Shown one piece after another: positions 13,401-26,382 of a DNA stretch of 64,000 nt. Position 1 is the stretch's first letter. Every line of letters begins with the position of its first letter. The stretch is taken from the NCBI GenBank assembly GCA_040954595.2, contig CM082576.2, positions 20,135,028 through 20,199,027 on the forward strand. Reading direction: 5' to 3'. This DNA comes from Balanoglossus misakiensis. Its lineage: Eukaryota > Animalia > Hemichordata. The translations under genes and the position numbers were made by a program. Below the pieces are notes generated by a model. The model had not been told where the DNA came from and did not search any database. It saw nothing but the letters and a program-made list of their open reading frames with translations.

Positions 13401-16400
13401 CGAAAAAAAGTCGAAAATGGTAATTTTGTCTTGGGTGATTCAAATTATACCACCTTTTCTGGAATTTGCAGCACTTTTTACAAGAGAACGACACTTCATG
13501 CTCCATAATATTTCCGAAAATGAAGAAAAGAGTTAAATTTTTATGATTTTTTAAAAATTTACCATTTTTGTCAAAATATGGCCAAAATGGCTATTTTTTC
13601 TTGAATTCCGTCAATATCTCTGCATTTTTGGAGTGGTCGAAAGTTTAAACATACAATCAACATGTCATTATGATCGGGGCACCAAATTCGAAGAACAAAG
13701 GTTTTTTTTTTTTTTTTTCTAAAAATGACATTTTCAAGGAAAATTTGGTAAAACGCAATTTTGTCTGCAGTGAGCCAAATTAGACGGTCTTTTGTGGAAT
13801 TTGTATCGATATATACATACGAAGAGCATTCTATACTCGATCAGATTCCCGAAAATGTAGAAAACAGGTATTTTTTGTAATTTTCAAAAATTTTCCATTT
13901 TGACCAAATTGTGCTAAAATTGTTATTTTCGTGTTGAATGCCGCCAGTGTCACTGCTTTTAAAAGTCATAAAAACTTTTAACATACAAGCAATTCTTTAT
14001 ATATGATCAGGTCACCGAATTAAAAAAATAAAGAATTTTTTGCCTAAAAATGACCTTCTAGGTGCAAAAACGAATAAAACGTAATTTTGTATTAAATCAG
14101 CTCATTCAGAGTGCATTTTTTATAATCAGCACCATTTTTACATGTAATGGAAATTTCATACATCATCAGAAATCCAAATATGAAACAATGATTTAGATTT
14201 TAGATGATTGTCCAAAATTAGCTGATAACAGATAAATGTAGTATTAAACCGTTCTGTCCCCCCCCCCTACATTACATGCGGTACGCCGATGTCAGCTTAC
14301 CCGGCAGTACTGCAGGCCGTGCCCCCAACTAACGTCGGTGTTTGAAACGCCCTGGTTAAATTCGAGCTTTCTCTATAAATTGACAGGCAATAATGCAGTC
14401 CTACCCGAACAAATGTCGAGTGTTGACCCGCTGTGACTTTCCCTCTTCGGGTTGCCCGACTTAGCCAACGTCTTTGTACTAGAGTGTCGGGTCTTTTGCA
14501 GAGCCAGGCCGAAGGAAATCCGACTTGATCACCGTTGCTAACGAACGCTAGTGTCTGTCATGGTGTGCCGGGATTTTAGTCGAGCCAGGCCGTAGGAGAT
14601 CTGACTTGATCATCGTGGTCAATGTACGCGTGTTTCCGCTCTAAAGTGCCGGGGCTTCAGCTAAACCAGGCCGTAGGAAATCCGACGTAATCACCGTTGA
14701 TAACTTACGCCAGTCTGTGTCATATAGAGCCGGTGCACCAGCCGAGTCACGCCGTAGGAAATCTGACTTGATCAACGTGGTCAATGTATGCCTGTTTCTG
14801 CTCTAGAGTGTCGGGGCTTCAGCTGAGCCAGGCCGTAGGAAACCCGACGTGATTACCGTTGTTAACTTACGCCAGTCTGTGTCCTATATATAGTGCCGGG
14901 GCATCAGCCGTGCCAGGCCGAAGGAAATGTGAGTAGATCAACGTGGTCTCTGTACGCGTGTTTCTGCTCTATAGTGCCAGGGCTTTAGCCAAGCCATGCC
15001 GTAGGAAATCTGACTTGATCAACGTTGCTTACTAACGCTAGTGTGTGTCATAGTGTGCTGGGGTTTTAGTCGAGCCAAGCCGTAGGAGATCAGACTTGAT
15101 CAACGTGCTCTCTGTACGCGTGTTTCTGCTTTAGAGTGCCGGGGCTTTATCCAAGTCATGCCGTAGAAAATCTGACTTCATCACCGTTGCTAACGTACGC
15201 TAGTGTCTGTCATATTGTGACGGAGATTTAGCCGAGCCAGGCCGTAGAAAAATCGACTTGTTCAACGTTACCAGTGTGCAACTGTTTCTGCTCTAGAGTG
15301 TCAGGGTTTTAGCCGACTTATGCTGTAGGAAACCTGAGTTGATGAACGGGAATTCAATGTTAGAAAACCCGTGTGGAAAGTATCTCTACCCGTTTGAAAC
15401 TAAGAAAAGAATTTATTCTTATTTATTTTGTAAAAAAGACAATTTTTCGAAAAAAAAGTCGAAAATGGTAATTTTGTCTTGGGTGATTCAAATTATACCG
15501 CCTTTTCTTGAATTTGCAGCACTTTTTACAAGAGAACGACACTTCATGCTCCATAATATTTCCGAAAATGAAGAAAAGAGTTAATTTTTTATGATTTTTT
15601 AAAAATTTACCATTTTTGTCAAAATATGGCCAAAATTGCTATTTTTTCTTGAATTCCGTCAATATCTCTGCTTTTTTGGAGTGGTCGAAAGTTTTAACAT
15701 ACAATCAACATGTCATATATGATCAGGGCACCAAATTCGAAGAACAAAGGTTTTTTTCTTTTTTTTTTCTTCTAAAAATGACATTTTCAAGGAAAATTTG
15801 GTAAAACGCAATTTTGTCTGCAGTGAGCCAAATTAGACGGTCTTCTGTGGAATTTGTATCGATATATACATACGAAGAGCATTCTATACTCCATCAGATT
15901 TCCGAAAATGTAGAAAACAAGTATTTTTTGTAATTTTCAAAAATTTACCATTTTGACCAAATTGTGGCTAAAATTGTTATTTTCGTGTTGAATGCCGCCA
16001 GTGTCACTGCTTTTAAAAGTCATAAAAACTTTTAACATACAAGCAATAGTTTATATATGATCAGGTCATCGAATTAATAAAATAAAGAATGTTTTGCCTA
16101 AAAATGACCTTTTTGGTGCAAAAACGAATAAAACGTAATTTTGTATTAAATAAGAGTGCATTTTTTATAATCAGCACCATTTTTACATATAATGGAAATT
16201 TCATACATCATCATATATCCAAATATGAAAAAAAATGATTTAGATTTTAGATGATTGTCCAAAATTAGCTGATATCTAATAAATGTAGTATTGAACCGTT
16301 CTGTCCCCCCCCCCCCACCTACATTATATGCGGTACGCCGATGTCAGCTTACCCGGCAGTACTGCAGGCCGTGCCCCCTACTAACGTCGGTGTTTGAAAC

Positions 16401-19400
16401 GCCCTGGTTAAATTCGGGCTTTCTCTATAAATTGACAGGCAATAATGCAGTCCTACCCGAACAAATGTCGAGTGTTGACCCGCTGTGACTTTCCCTCTTC
16501 GGTTTGCCCGACTTAGCCAACGTCTTTGTACTAGAGTGTCGTGTCTTTTGCAGAGCCAGGCCGAAGGAAATCCGACTTGATCACTGTTGCTAACGAACGC
16601 TAGTGTCTGTCATGGTGTGCCGGGGTTTTAGTCGAGCCAGGCCGTTGGAGATCTGACTTGATCATCGTGGTCAATGTACGCGTGTTTCCGCTCTAAAGTG
16701 CCGGGGCTTCAGCTAAACCAGGCCGTAGGAAATCCGACGTAATCACCGTTGATAACTTACGCCAGTCTGTGTCATATAGAGCCGGTGCACCAGCCGAGTC
16801 ACGCCGTAGGAAATCTGACTTGATCAACGTGGTCAATGTACGCCTGTTTCTGCTCTAGAGTGCCGGGGCTTCAGCTGAGCCAGGCCGTAGGAAACCCGAC
16901 GTGATTACCGTTGTTAACTTACGCCAGTCTGTGTCCTATATATAGCGCCGGGGCATCAGCCGTGCCAGGCCGAAGGAAATGTAAGTAAATCAACGTGGTC
17001 TCTGTACACGTGTTTCTGCTCTAGAGTGCCAGGGCTTTAGCCAAGCCATGCCGTGGGAAATCTGACTTGATCAACGTTGCTAACGAACGCTAGTGTCTGT
17101 CATAGTGTGCCGGGGTTTTAGTCGAGCCAAGCCGTAGGAGATCAGACTTGATCAACGTGGTCTCTGTACGCGTGTTTCTGCTCTAGAGTGCCGGGGCTTT
17201 ATCCAAGCCATGCCGTAGAAAATCTGACTTGATCACCGTTGCTAACGTACGCTAGTGTCTGTCATATTGTGACGGAGATTTAGCCGAGCCAGGCCGTAGA
17301 AAAATCGACTTATTCAACGTTACCAGTGTGCAACTGTTTCTGCTCTAGAGTGTCAGGGTTTTCGCCGACTTATGCTGTAAGAAATCTGAGTTGATGAACG
17401 GGAATCCAATGTTAGAAAACCCGTGTGGAAAGTATCTCTACCCGTTTGAAACTAAGAAAAGAATTTATTCTTATTTTTTTGTAAACAAGACAATTTTTCG
17501 AAAAAAAGTCGAAAATGGTAAATTTGTCTTGGGTGATTCAAATTATACCGCCTTTTCTGGAATTTGCAGCACTTTTTACAAGAGAACGACACTTCATGCT
17601 CCATAATATTTCCGAAAATGAAGAAAAGAGTTAATTTTTTATGATTTTTTAAAAAATTACCATTTTTGTCAAAATATGGCCAAAATGGCTATTTTTTCTT
17701 GAATTCCGTCAATGTCTCTGCATTTTTGGAGTGGTCGAAAGTCTTAGCATACAATCAACATGTCATATATGATCAGGGCACCAAATTCGAACAACAAAGG
17801 TTTTTTTAGTTTTTTTTCTAAAAATGACATTTTCAAGGAAAATTTGGTAAAACGCAATTTTGTCTGCCTTGAGCCAAATTAGATAGTCTTTTGTGGAATT
17901 TGTATATATATATACATAAGAAGAGCATTCTATACTCCATCAGATTTCCGAAAATGTACAAAACATGTATTTTTTGTAATTTTCAAAAATTTACCATTTT
18001 GACCAAATTGTGGCTAAAATTGTTATTTTCGTGTTGAATGCCGCCAGTGTCACTGCTTTTAAAAGTCATAAAAACTTTTAACATACAAGCAATTGTTAAT
18101 ATATGATCAGGGCACCGAATTAAAAAAATAAAGAATGTTTTGCCTAAAAATGACCTTTTTGGTGCAAAAACGAATAAAACGCTATTTTCTATTAAATCAG
18201 CTCATTCAGAGTGCATTTTTTATAATCAGCACCATTTTTACATATAATGGAAATTTCATACATCATCAGATATCCAAATATGAAAAAATGATTTAGATTT
18301 TAGATGATTGTCCAAAATTAGCTGATATCTAATAAATGTAGTATTGAACCGTTCTGTCCCCCCCCCCCCCTACATTATATGCGGTACGCCGATGTCAGCT
18401 TACCCGGCAGTACTGCAGGCCGTGCCCCCAACTAACGTCGGTGTTTGAAACGCCCTGGTTAAATTCGGGCTTTCTCTATAAATTGACAGGCAATAATGCA
18501 GTCCTACCCTAACAAATGTCGAGTGTTGACCCGCTGTGACTTTCCCTCTTCGGTTTGCCCGACTTAGCCAACGTCTTTGTACTAGTGTCGGGTCTTTTGC
18601 AGAGCCAGGCCGAAGGAAATCCGACTTGATCACCGTTGCTAACGAACGCTAGTGTCTGTCATGGTGTGCCGGGGTTTTAGTCGAGCCAGGCCGTAGGAGA
18701 TCTGACTTGATCATCGTGGTCAATGTACGCGTGTTTCCGCTCTAAAGCGCCAGGGCTTCAGCTAAACCAGGCCGTAGGAAATCCGGCGTAATCACCGTTG
18801 ATAACTTACGCCAGTCTGTGTCATATAGAGCCGGTGCACCAGCCGAGTCACGCCGTAGGAAATCTGACTTGATCAACGTGGTCAATGTACGCCTGTTTCT
18901 GCTCTAGAGTGCCGGGGCTTCAGCTGAGCCAGGCCGTAGGAAACCCGACGTGATTACCGTTGTTAACTTACGCCAGTCTGTGTCCTATATATAGTGCCGG
19001 GGCATCAACCGTGCCAGGCCGAAGGAAATGTGAGTAGATCAACGTGGTCTCTGTACGCGTGTTTCTGCTCTAGAGTGCCAGGGCTTTAGCCAAGCCATGC
19101 CGTAGGAAATTTGACTTAATCAACGTTGCTAACGAACGCTAGTGTCTGCTATAGTGTGCCGGGGTTTTAGTCGAGCCAAGCCGTAGGAGATCAAACTTGA
19201 TTAACGTGGTCTCTGTACGCTTGTTTCTGCTCTAGAGTGCCGGGGCTTTATCCAAGCCATGCCGTAGGAAATCTGACATGATCAACGTTGCTAACGTACG
19301 CTAGTGTCTGTCATATTGTGACGGAGATTTAGCCGAGCCAGGCCGTAGAAAAATCGACTTGTTCAACGTTACCAGTGTGCAACTGTTTCTGCTCTAGAGT

Positions 19401-22400
19401 GTCAGGGTTTTTGCCGACTTATGCTGTATGAAATCTGAGTTGATGAACGGGAATTCAATGTTAGAAAACCCGTGTGGAAAGTATCTCTACCCGTTTGAAA
19501 CTAAGAAAAGAATTTATTCTTATTTATTTTGTAAAAAAGACAATTTTTCGAAAAAAAAGTCGAAAATGGTAATTTTGTCTTGGGTGATTCAAATTATACC
19601 GCCTTTTCTGGAATTTGCAGCACTTTTTACAAGAGAACGACACTTCATGCTCCATAATATTTCCGAAAATGAAGAAAAGAGTTTATTTTTTATGATTTTT
19701 TAAAAATTTACCATTTTTGACAAAATATGGCCAAAATGGCTATTTTTTCTTGAATTCCGTCAATATCTCTGCATTTTTGGAGTGGTCGAAAGTTTTAACA
19801 TACAATCAACATGTCATATATGATCAGGGCACCAAATTCGAAGAACAAAGGTTTTTTTATTTTTTTTTCTAAAAATGACATTTTCAAGGAAAATTTGGTA
19901 AAACGCAATTTTGTCTGCAGTGAGCAAATTAGACGGTCTTTTGTTGAATTTGTATCGATATATACATACGAAGAGCATTCTATACTCCATCAGATTTCCG
20001 AAAATGTAGAAAACAGGTATTTTTTGTAATTTTCAAAAATTTACCATTTTGACCAAATTATGGCTAAAATTGTTATTTTCGTGTTGAATGCCGCCAGTGT
20101 CACTGCTTTTAAAAGTCATAAAAACTTTAAACATACAAGCAATTTTTTATATATGATCAGGTCACCGAATTAAAAAAAATAAAGAATGTTTTGCCTAAAA
20201 ATGACCTTTTTGGTGCAAAAACGAATAAAACGCAATTTTGTATTAAATCAGCTCATTCAGAGTGCATTTTTATAATCAGCACCATTTTTACATATAATGG
20301 AAATTTCATACATCATCAGATATCCAAATATGAAAAAATGATTTAGATTTTAGATGATTGTCCAAAATTAGCTGATATCTAATAAATGTAGTATTGAACC
20401 ATTCTGTTCCCCCCCCCCTACATTATATGCGGTACGCCGATGTCAGCTTACGCGGCAGTACTGCAGGCTGTGCCCCCAACTAACGTCGGTGTTTGAAACG
20501 CCCTGGTTCAATTCGGGCTTTCTCTATAAATTGACAGGCAATAATGCAGTACTACCCGAACAAATGTCGAGTGTTGACCCGCTGTGACTTTCCCTCTTCG
20601 GTTTGCCCGACTTAGCCAACGTCTTTGTACTAGAGTGTCGGGTCTTTTGCAGAGCCAGGCCGAAGGAAATCCGACTTGATCACCGTTGCTAACGAACGCT
20701 AGTGTCTGTCATGGTGTGCCGGGGTTTTAGTCGAGCCAGGCCGTTGGAGATCTGACTTGATCATCGTGGTCAATGTACGCGTGTTTCCGCTCTAAAGTGC
20801 CGGGGCTTCAGTTAAACCAGGCCGGAGGAAATCCGACGTAATCACCGTTGATAACTTACGCCAGTCTGTGTCATATAGAGCCGGTGCACCAGCCGAGTCA
20901 CGCCGTAGGAAATCTGACTTGATCAACTTGGTCAATGTACGCCTGTTTCTGCTCTAGAGTGCCGGGGCTTCAGCTGACCCAGGCCGTAGGAAACCCGACG
21001 TGATTACCTTTGTTAACTTACGCCAGTCTGTGTCCTATATATAGTGCCGGGGCATCAGCCGTGCCAGGCCGAAGGAAATGTGAGAAGATCAACGTGGTCT
21101 CTGTACGCGTGTTTCTGCTCTAGAGTGCCAGGGCTTTAGCCAAGCCATGCCGTAGGAAATCTGACATGATCAACGTTGCTAACGTACGCTAGTGTCTGTC
21201 ATATTGTGACGGAGATTTAGCCGAGCCAGGCCGTAGAAAAATCGACTTGTTCAACGTTACCAGTGTGCAACTGTTTCTGCTCTAGAGTGTCAGGGTTTTA
21301 GCCGACTTATGCTGTATGAAATCTGAGTTTATGAACGGGAATTCAATGTTAGAAAACCCGTGTGGAAAGTATCTCCACCCGTTTGAAACTAAGAAAAGAA
21401 TTTATTCTTATTTATTTTGTAAAAAAGACAATTTTTCGAAAAAAAGTCGAAAATGGTAATTTTGTCTTGGGTGATTCAAATTATACCGCCTTTTCTGGAA
21501 TTTGCAGCACTTTTTACAAGAGAACGACACTTCATGCTCCATAATATTTCCTAAAATGAAGAAAAGAGTTAATTTTTTATGATTTTTTAAAAAATTACCA
21601 TTTTTGTCAAAATATGGCCAAAATGGCTATTTTTTCTTGAATTCCGTCAATATCTCTGCATTTTTGGAGTGGTCGAAAGTTTTAACATACAATCAACATG
21701 TCATATATGATCAGGGCACCAAATTCGAAGAACAAAGGTTTTTGTATTTTTTTTCTAAAAATGACATTTTCAAGGACAATTTGGTAAAAGGCAATTTTGT
21801 CTGCAGTGAGCCAAATTAGACGGTCTTTTGTGGAATTTGTATCGATATATACATACGACGAGCATTCTATACTCCATCAGATTTCCGAAAATGTAGAAAA
21901 CAGGTATTTTTTTGTAATTTTCAAAAATTTACCATTTTGACCAAATTGTGGCTAAAATTGTTATTTTCGTGTTGAATGCCGCCAGTGTCACTGCTTTTAA
22001 AAGTCATAAAAACTGTTAACATACAAGCAATTCTTTATATATGATCAGGTCACCGAATTAAAAAAATAAAGAATGTTTTGCCTAAAAATGACCTTTTAGG
22101 TGCAAAAACGAATAAAACGTAATTTTGTATTAAATCAGCTCATTCAGATTGCATTTTATATAATCAGCACCATTTTTACATATAATGGAAATTTCATACA
22201 TCATCAGATATCCAAATATGAAAAAATGATTTAGATTTTAGATGATTGTCCAAAATTAGCTGATATCTAATAAATGTAGTATTGAACCGTTCTGTTCCCC
22301 CCCCCTACATTATATGCGGTACGCCGATGTCAGCTTACCCGGCAGTACTGCAGGCCGTGCCCCCAACTAACGTCGGTGTTTGAAACGCCCTGGTTAAATT

Positions 22401-22699
22401 CGGGCTTTCTCTATAAATTGACAGGCAATAATGCAGTCCTACCCGAACAAATGTCGAGTGTTGACCCGCTGTGACTTTCCCTCTTCGGTTTGCCCGACTT
22501 AGCCAACGTCTTTGTACTAGAGTGTCGGGTCTTTTGCAGAGCCAGGCCGAAGGAAATCCGACTTGATCAACGTTGCTAACGAACGCTAGTGTCTGTCATA
22601 GTGTGCCGGGGTTTTAGTCGAGCCAAGCCGTAGGAGATCTGACTTGATCATCGTGGTCAATGTACGCGTGTTTCCGCTCTAAAGTGCCGGGGCTTCAGC
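4454..22699. repeat. Composite macrosatellite block 1 (~10 units, 1.65-2.05 kb each)
   Basis: Poly-C markers near 5039, 6929, 8669, 10558, 12604, 14258, 16305, 18358, 20409 and 22296. Units are highly similar and differ mainly in the number of 81-bp monomers. Confidence 0.97.
16559..17400. repeat. Representative 81-bp monomer array (10 ordered monomers, 162-bp dimer periodicity) within one macrosatellite unit
   Basis: 'gccg(t/a)ag(g/a)a' recurs every 81 bp (one monomer is 85 bp from an extra TATA). Monomers alternate between a gttg.taac type and a gtggtc..tgtacg type. Confidence 0.92.
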
Positions 22700-23006
22700 T
22701 ATCGGAGATGCTAAAAACTCTGACCATGAGTCATTTTGAGGATCACAGCTCGGATACTTTGAGCCAATCAGAGCTGAGTATTTTAGCCCAATCAGAGGCC
22801 TAGTTAATCACCCAATGACATCTTTCCCGCCAAAACAAAATTTGCTACTTTTTTGGCTGGCGTTTTGTGCTCGTGAAATCACTTCTTGAGTGTCCTTCAA
22901 TAAAAGCTGTTTAAAGGTTGTACAGCTGCGTCCCGCTCCTGTAATTTCCCCTGCCATCCCCCAGAACCTTGTTCATAAATCCACCCCAGACGTAAAGTAC
23001 GTCACA
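22700..23006 (+). repeat. BEL 5' LTR (TA...CA)
   Basis: Direct repeat of 28265-28571 with 6 substitutions by eye; tandem CCAAT boxes; AATAAA at 22899. Confidence 0.95.
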
Positions 23007-23010
23007 TTTT

Positions 23011-23028
23011 TGGTGCCGAGACCAGGAT
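23011..23028 (+). promoter_or_regulatory. Primer binding site, tRNA-His-like
   Basis: tggtgccgagaccaggat just 3' of the LTR, one mismatch to TGGTGCCGTGACCAGGAT. Confidence 0.7.
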
Positions 23029-23037
23029 TTTCCGGTA

Positions 23038-26000
23038 ATGATGGCAGAACCAGAGGAACAGGAGCACCCAGCACCCGCTCAGGCGGTCCCAGGAGCAAAC
23101 TCGCTCAACAGGCTGAAAGGTACACGAAGGGGTCACCGTGGATCCATGACAAGACTTCTCAACAAAGCAGAGGATATCATCTCATCATTTGAAGAGAACG
23201 ATGACAAGATCGAAGCTCTCGATACCCTCATCACCACGCGCGAACTGATAAACGCGAAATACGACATTCTCGCATCCCTAGACTTGAAGATCATCGAATC
23301 CGTTGACGAAGGCGACCTCGAAGGCGTGATCGAGGAAACCGACGACTACTTGCATCAAGTTTTCGATAGCAAGCTCAAGATCGGCCGATTCATCGACAGA
23401 AATTCGCGAGCGACATCGCCCGACCGATCTTCCCACGAAGAAATCACTTCCGCGGCACCCTCCATTCAAAGGAAAACTACAAGTTTGCCGAAACTTCAGC
23501 TACCCGTCTTTTCGGGTGACATTCTCAAATGGGTCAGTTTCCACGACGCGTTCAAATCCGCTGTCCACGACGACAAGAATCTGGGTGACGTCCAGAAATT
23601 CCAATACTTACGCGCACAGCTTCAAGGCGAAGCCGCTCGATCGATCGAAGGTCTGTCATTGACAAGTTCGAACTACGCACACGCGCTTCAACTTCTCACC
23701 GAACGTTATGGCAAAACACACAAGATTATAAGCGCCTACATGAAATCGCTGTGGGACATGCCGAGTCCAGAAGGCGAACTCAGCAGTCTACGAAACTTCT
23801 ACGACACTCTAGAGAGTAATATTCGCGGTCTCCAATCTCTCGGTAAAAGCGAAGACGCGTACGGAGATATACTTGTACCCATAGTCTTGGAAAAACTTCC
23901 CGGTAACACTCGCAAACAAATCGCACGAGAACACGGTAATAATGAATGGAAACTCGGCGACCTACGAAAGGCAATTCTCAAAGAAATCGACGCTCATCAA
24001 GCTGGCCTCTCCACCGCTGAATCCGACAGCGATTCTACATACGACGAATGCAAGCCGTCGATGACCGCCGCGTTTCACACTAGATCCGCAACCCGTTTCG
24101 CTAGGGTGAATAAACCGAAATCGTGTGCGTTTTGCAAAGGGCAACATTTTGCCAATGAATGCACAACCATTACCGATAAGAAGAAACGTCTTGACATCGT
24201 CAAACGCGACAAACTCTGTTTTAACTGCCTCGGCAGGCATCGAGTACACGATTGCAAATCGAGATTCAGTTGCCGTTCATGCAACAGAAAGCATCATACC
24301 TCGCTTCATACTGATCGAGCTTCGGACAGTTCGAAAACCCCGACGGAAGACGCGCGCACTCCTTCCGCTACACACGTTCAGTTCGCCCGTACTGAGAACT
24401 CGAGTCGCGAGAAAGCGAGAAACGGACCAATTCTCCTGAAAACCGCGGTCGTTCCAGTCTCTACGAAATTTCAAACGACAATTGACGCCACAGTGTTATT
24501 CGACGAAGGCGCGACGCGTTCATTCGTGACCCAAGATTTCGCGACAAGACTCGGTTTAGAACCGACCGGTACCGAGGTCATTAGACTGACTTCCTTCGGT
24601 GACAAATATCCGCGACAAAGATCGATCAATGCAGCGACCATTGCATTGCACACGCTTTCCGGCGAAAAGAAAGAGATAAACGTTCTCATCATTCCGCAGA
24701 TTTCGACGCGAATGAAAAACTTTGTCAAGCAATCAGTTGCTGACTTGCCTCACCTACGCGGAGTAAACTTTGCTTACCCGGTATCGAACACCGATTCGGT
24801 CGAGATTTCCGTGTTAATAGGCGCGGACTACTATTGGGATTTTGTCGAAGATCGAGTTATTCGTGGCCCAGGCCCAACCGCTGTACGCTCGAAATTCGGT
24901 TACATACTGTCCGGTCCCGTTCACAAGACAAATTCGTCTGATAGCGATGCGACGATTTTTCATGTTCTCTCAAACACGCACGACGAAGAGATTCAACTCC
25001 AAAATTATTGGAACCTCGAGACAATCGGTATTCAAGACGATTCGCAATCTGCTGCTATGGATAACAATACCTTTGAAGATTACAGAGACACACATTTGCG
25101 CATCGAAAATGGCACATATATCGCGAAGTTGCCATGGAAGTCCAACCACCCGCCACTACCCACTAACTACGGGGTCACTGATAATCGCACGCGTTCTATG
25201 GTGCGTAGGCTTTCACCGGACATTCTGAAAGCGTATGACAAAATCATTTCTGATCAGGAATCGCGAGATTTCATCGAAGAAGTACCAGGCGACATGGATA
25301 CGCGCCGCACCGGTCACTACTTGCCCCATCGCCCCATGAAAAAAGATTCAGCCACTACGCCAATCAGAATCGTGTATGATTGTAGTTGCAGGCAATCTAC
25401 CGACACACCGAGTTTGAATGACTGCTTACAAACCGGCCCACCTCTGCTCAACGACCTCACACAAATTCTACTTCGGTTTCGCGCAAACCGCTTTGCCTTT
25501 ACGAGTGACATAGAAAAGGATTTTCTACATGTTCGACTTGACGAAAGCGATCGTCAATTTACGAATTTTTTGTGGTTGTCTGATCCGACAGACCCGGAAA
25601 GCGACTTCAAAACATATCGCTTCAAAGTAGTTCTATTCGGTGCAGTTTGCTCGCCATTCATTTTAAACGCAGTCGTGAAAACCCCTCTCGAGTCCGCTCA
25701 ATCCACGCCAACTTCCATCGATCTCAAAAATAATATCTACGTTGACAACATACTTAGCGGAGCTGATAGCCCGGGCGAAGCAGTTGGCTACTACAGAGAG
25801 TCAAACCGTCTGTTAGAATCTTGCGGATTCAATCTACGAAGTAGTAACTGTGAAGATGTTCGCGCACTTGCTGCAAAGGATGATAAACTCGAACGCGCTA
25901 CTGACGTGAACACACTAGGACTTCGCTGGTTAACCGAAACCGACGAACTCGCCTACGCGAAGAAGAATCTCCAAATACCGGACAATCTCACTACGAAACG

Positions 26001-26382
26001 TGAAGTGGTTCGAACCACTGCCAGCTTATACGACCCCCTGGGGTATCTTTCGCCAGTTCTCATTAAGGCGAAACTGTTCATACAGCAACTGTGGATAAAA
26101 GGTCTCGCCTGGGACGAACCGCTAGAAAACGAACTCAATAAAGAGTGGACAGACATCGCAAGAGAAATACGCGAAACGACCACGTTGAAACTCAATCGCC
26201 GATATTTTGACAACTCGCCTGTCAATCAAAACTATCAGCTCCACGTGTTCGCCGACTCGAGCATGAAGCTTAGGCCTATGGAGCCGTCGCCTACTTACGA
26301 CATGCCAATCAAACCGCGCTTTTCATGGCAAAGAATCGCGTGGCACCTCTCAAAGAGTTCACTCTCCCGCGCCTCGAACTGA
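23038..26382 (+). CDS. BEL/Pao Gag-Pol polyprotein (Gag, protease, RT, start of RNase H), truncated by a frameshift near 26270
   Basis: LPKLQLPVFSGD Gag motif; three Cys/His knuckles (CAFCKGQH..C, CFNCLGRH....C, CRSCNRKHH..LH); protease LFDEGA; RT SDIEK and YVDN; YDPLG; RNase H HVFADSS. Confidence 0.92.
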   Translation: MMAEPEEQEHPAPAQAVPGANSLNRLKGTRRGHRGSMTRLLNKAEDIISSFEENDDKIEALDTLITTRELINAKYDILASLDLKIIESVDEGDLEGVIEETDDYLHQVFDSKLKIGRFIDRNSRATSPDRSSHEEITSAAPSIQRKTTSLPKLQLPVFSGDILKWVSFHDAFKSAVHDDKNLGDVQKFQYLRAQLQGEAARSIEGLSLTSSNYAHALQLLTERYGKTHKIISAYMKSLWDMPSPEGELSSLRNFYDTLESNIRGLQSLGKSEDAYGDILVPIVLEKLPGNTRKQIAREHGNNEWKLGDLRKAILKEIDAHQAGLSTAESDSDSTYDECKPSMTAAFHTRSATRFARVNKPKSCAFCKGQHFANECTTITDKKKRLDIVKRDKLCFNCLGRHRVHDCKSRFSCRSCNRKHHTSLHTDRASDSSKTPTEDARTPSATHVQFARTENSSREKARNGPILLKTAVVPVSTKFQTTIDATVLFDEGATRSFVTQDFATRLGLEPTGTEVIRLTSFGDKYPRQRSINAATIALHTLSGEKKEINVLIIPQISTRMKNFVKQSVADLPHLRGVNFAYPVSNTDSVEISVLIGADYYWDFVEDRVIRGPGPTAVRSKFGYILSGPVHKTNSSDSDATIFHVLSNTHDEEIQLQNYWNLETIGIQDDSQSAAMDNNTFEDYRDTHLRIENGTYIAKLPWKSNHPPLPTNYGVTDNRTRSMVRRLSPDILKAYDKIISDQESRDFIEEVPGDMDTRRTGHYLPHRPMKKDSATTPIRIVYDCSCRQSTDTPSLNDCLQTGPPLLNDLTQILLRFRANRFAFTSDIEKDFLHVRLDESDRQFTNFLWLSDPTDPESDFKTYRFKVVLFGAVCSPFILNAVVKTPLESAQSTPTSIDLKNNIYVDNILSGADSPGEAVGYYRESNRLLESCGFNLRSSNCEDVRALAAKDDKLERATDVNTLGLRWLTETDELAYAKKNLQIPDNLTTKREVVRTTASLYDPLGYLSPVLIKAKLFIQQLWIKGLAWDEPLENELNKEWTDIAREIRETTTLKLNRRYFDNSPVNQNYQLHVFADSSMKLRPMEPSPTYDMPIKPRFSWQRIAWHLSKSSLSRASN

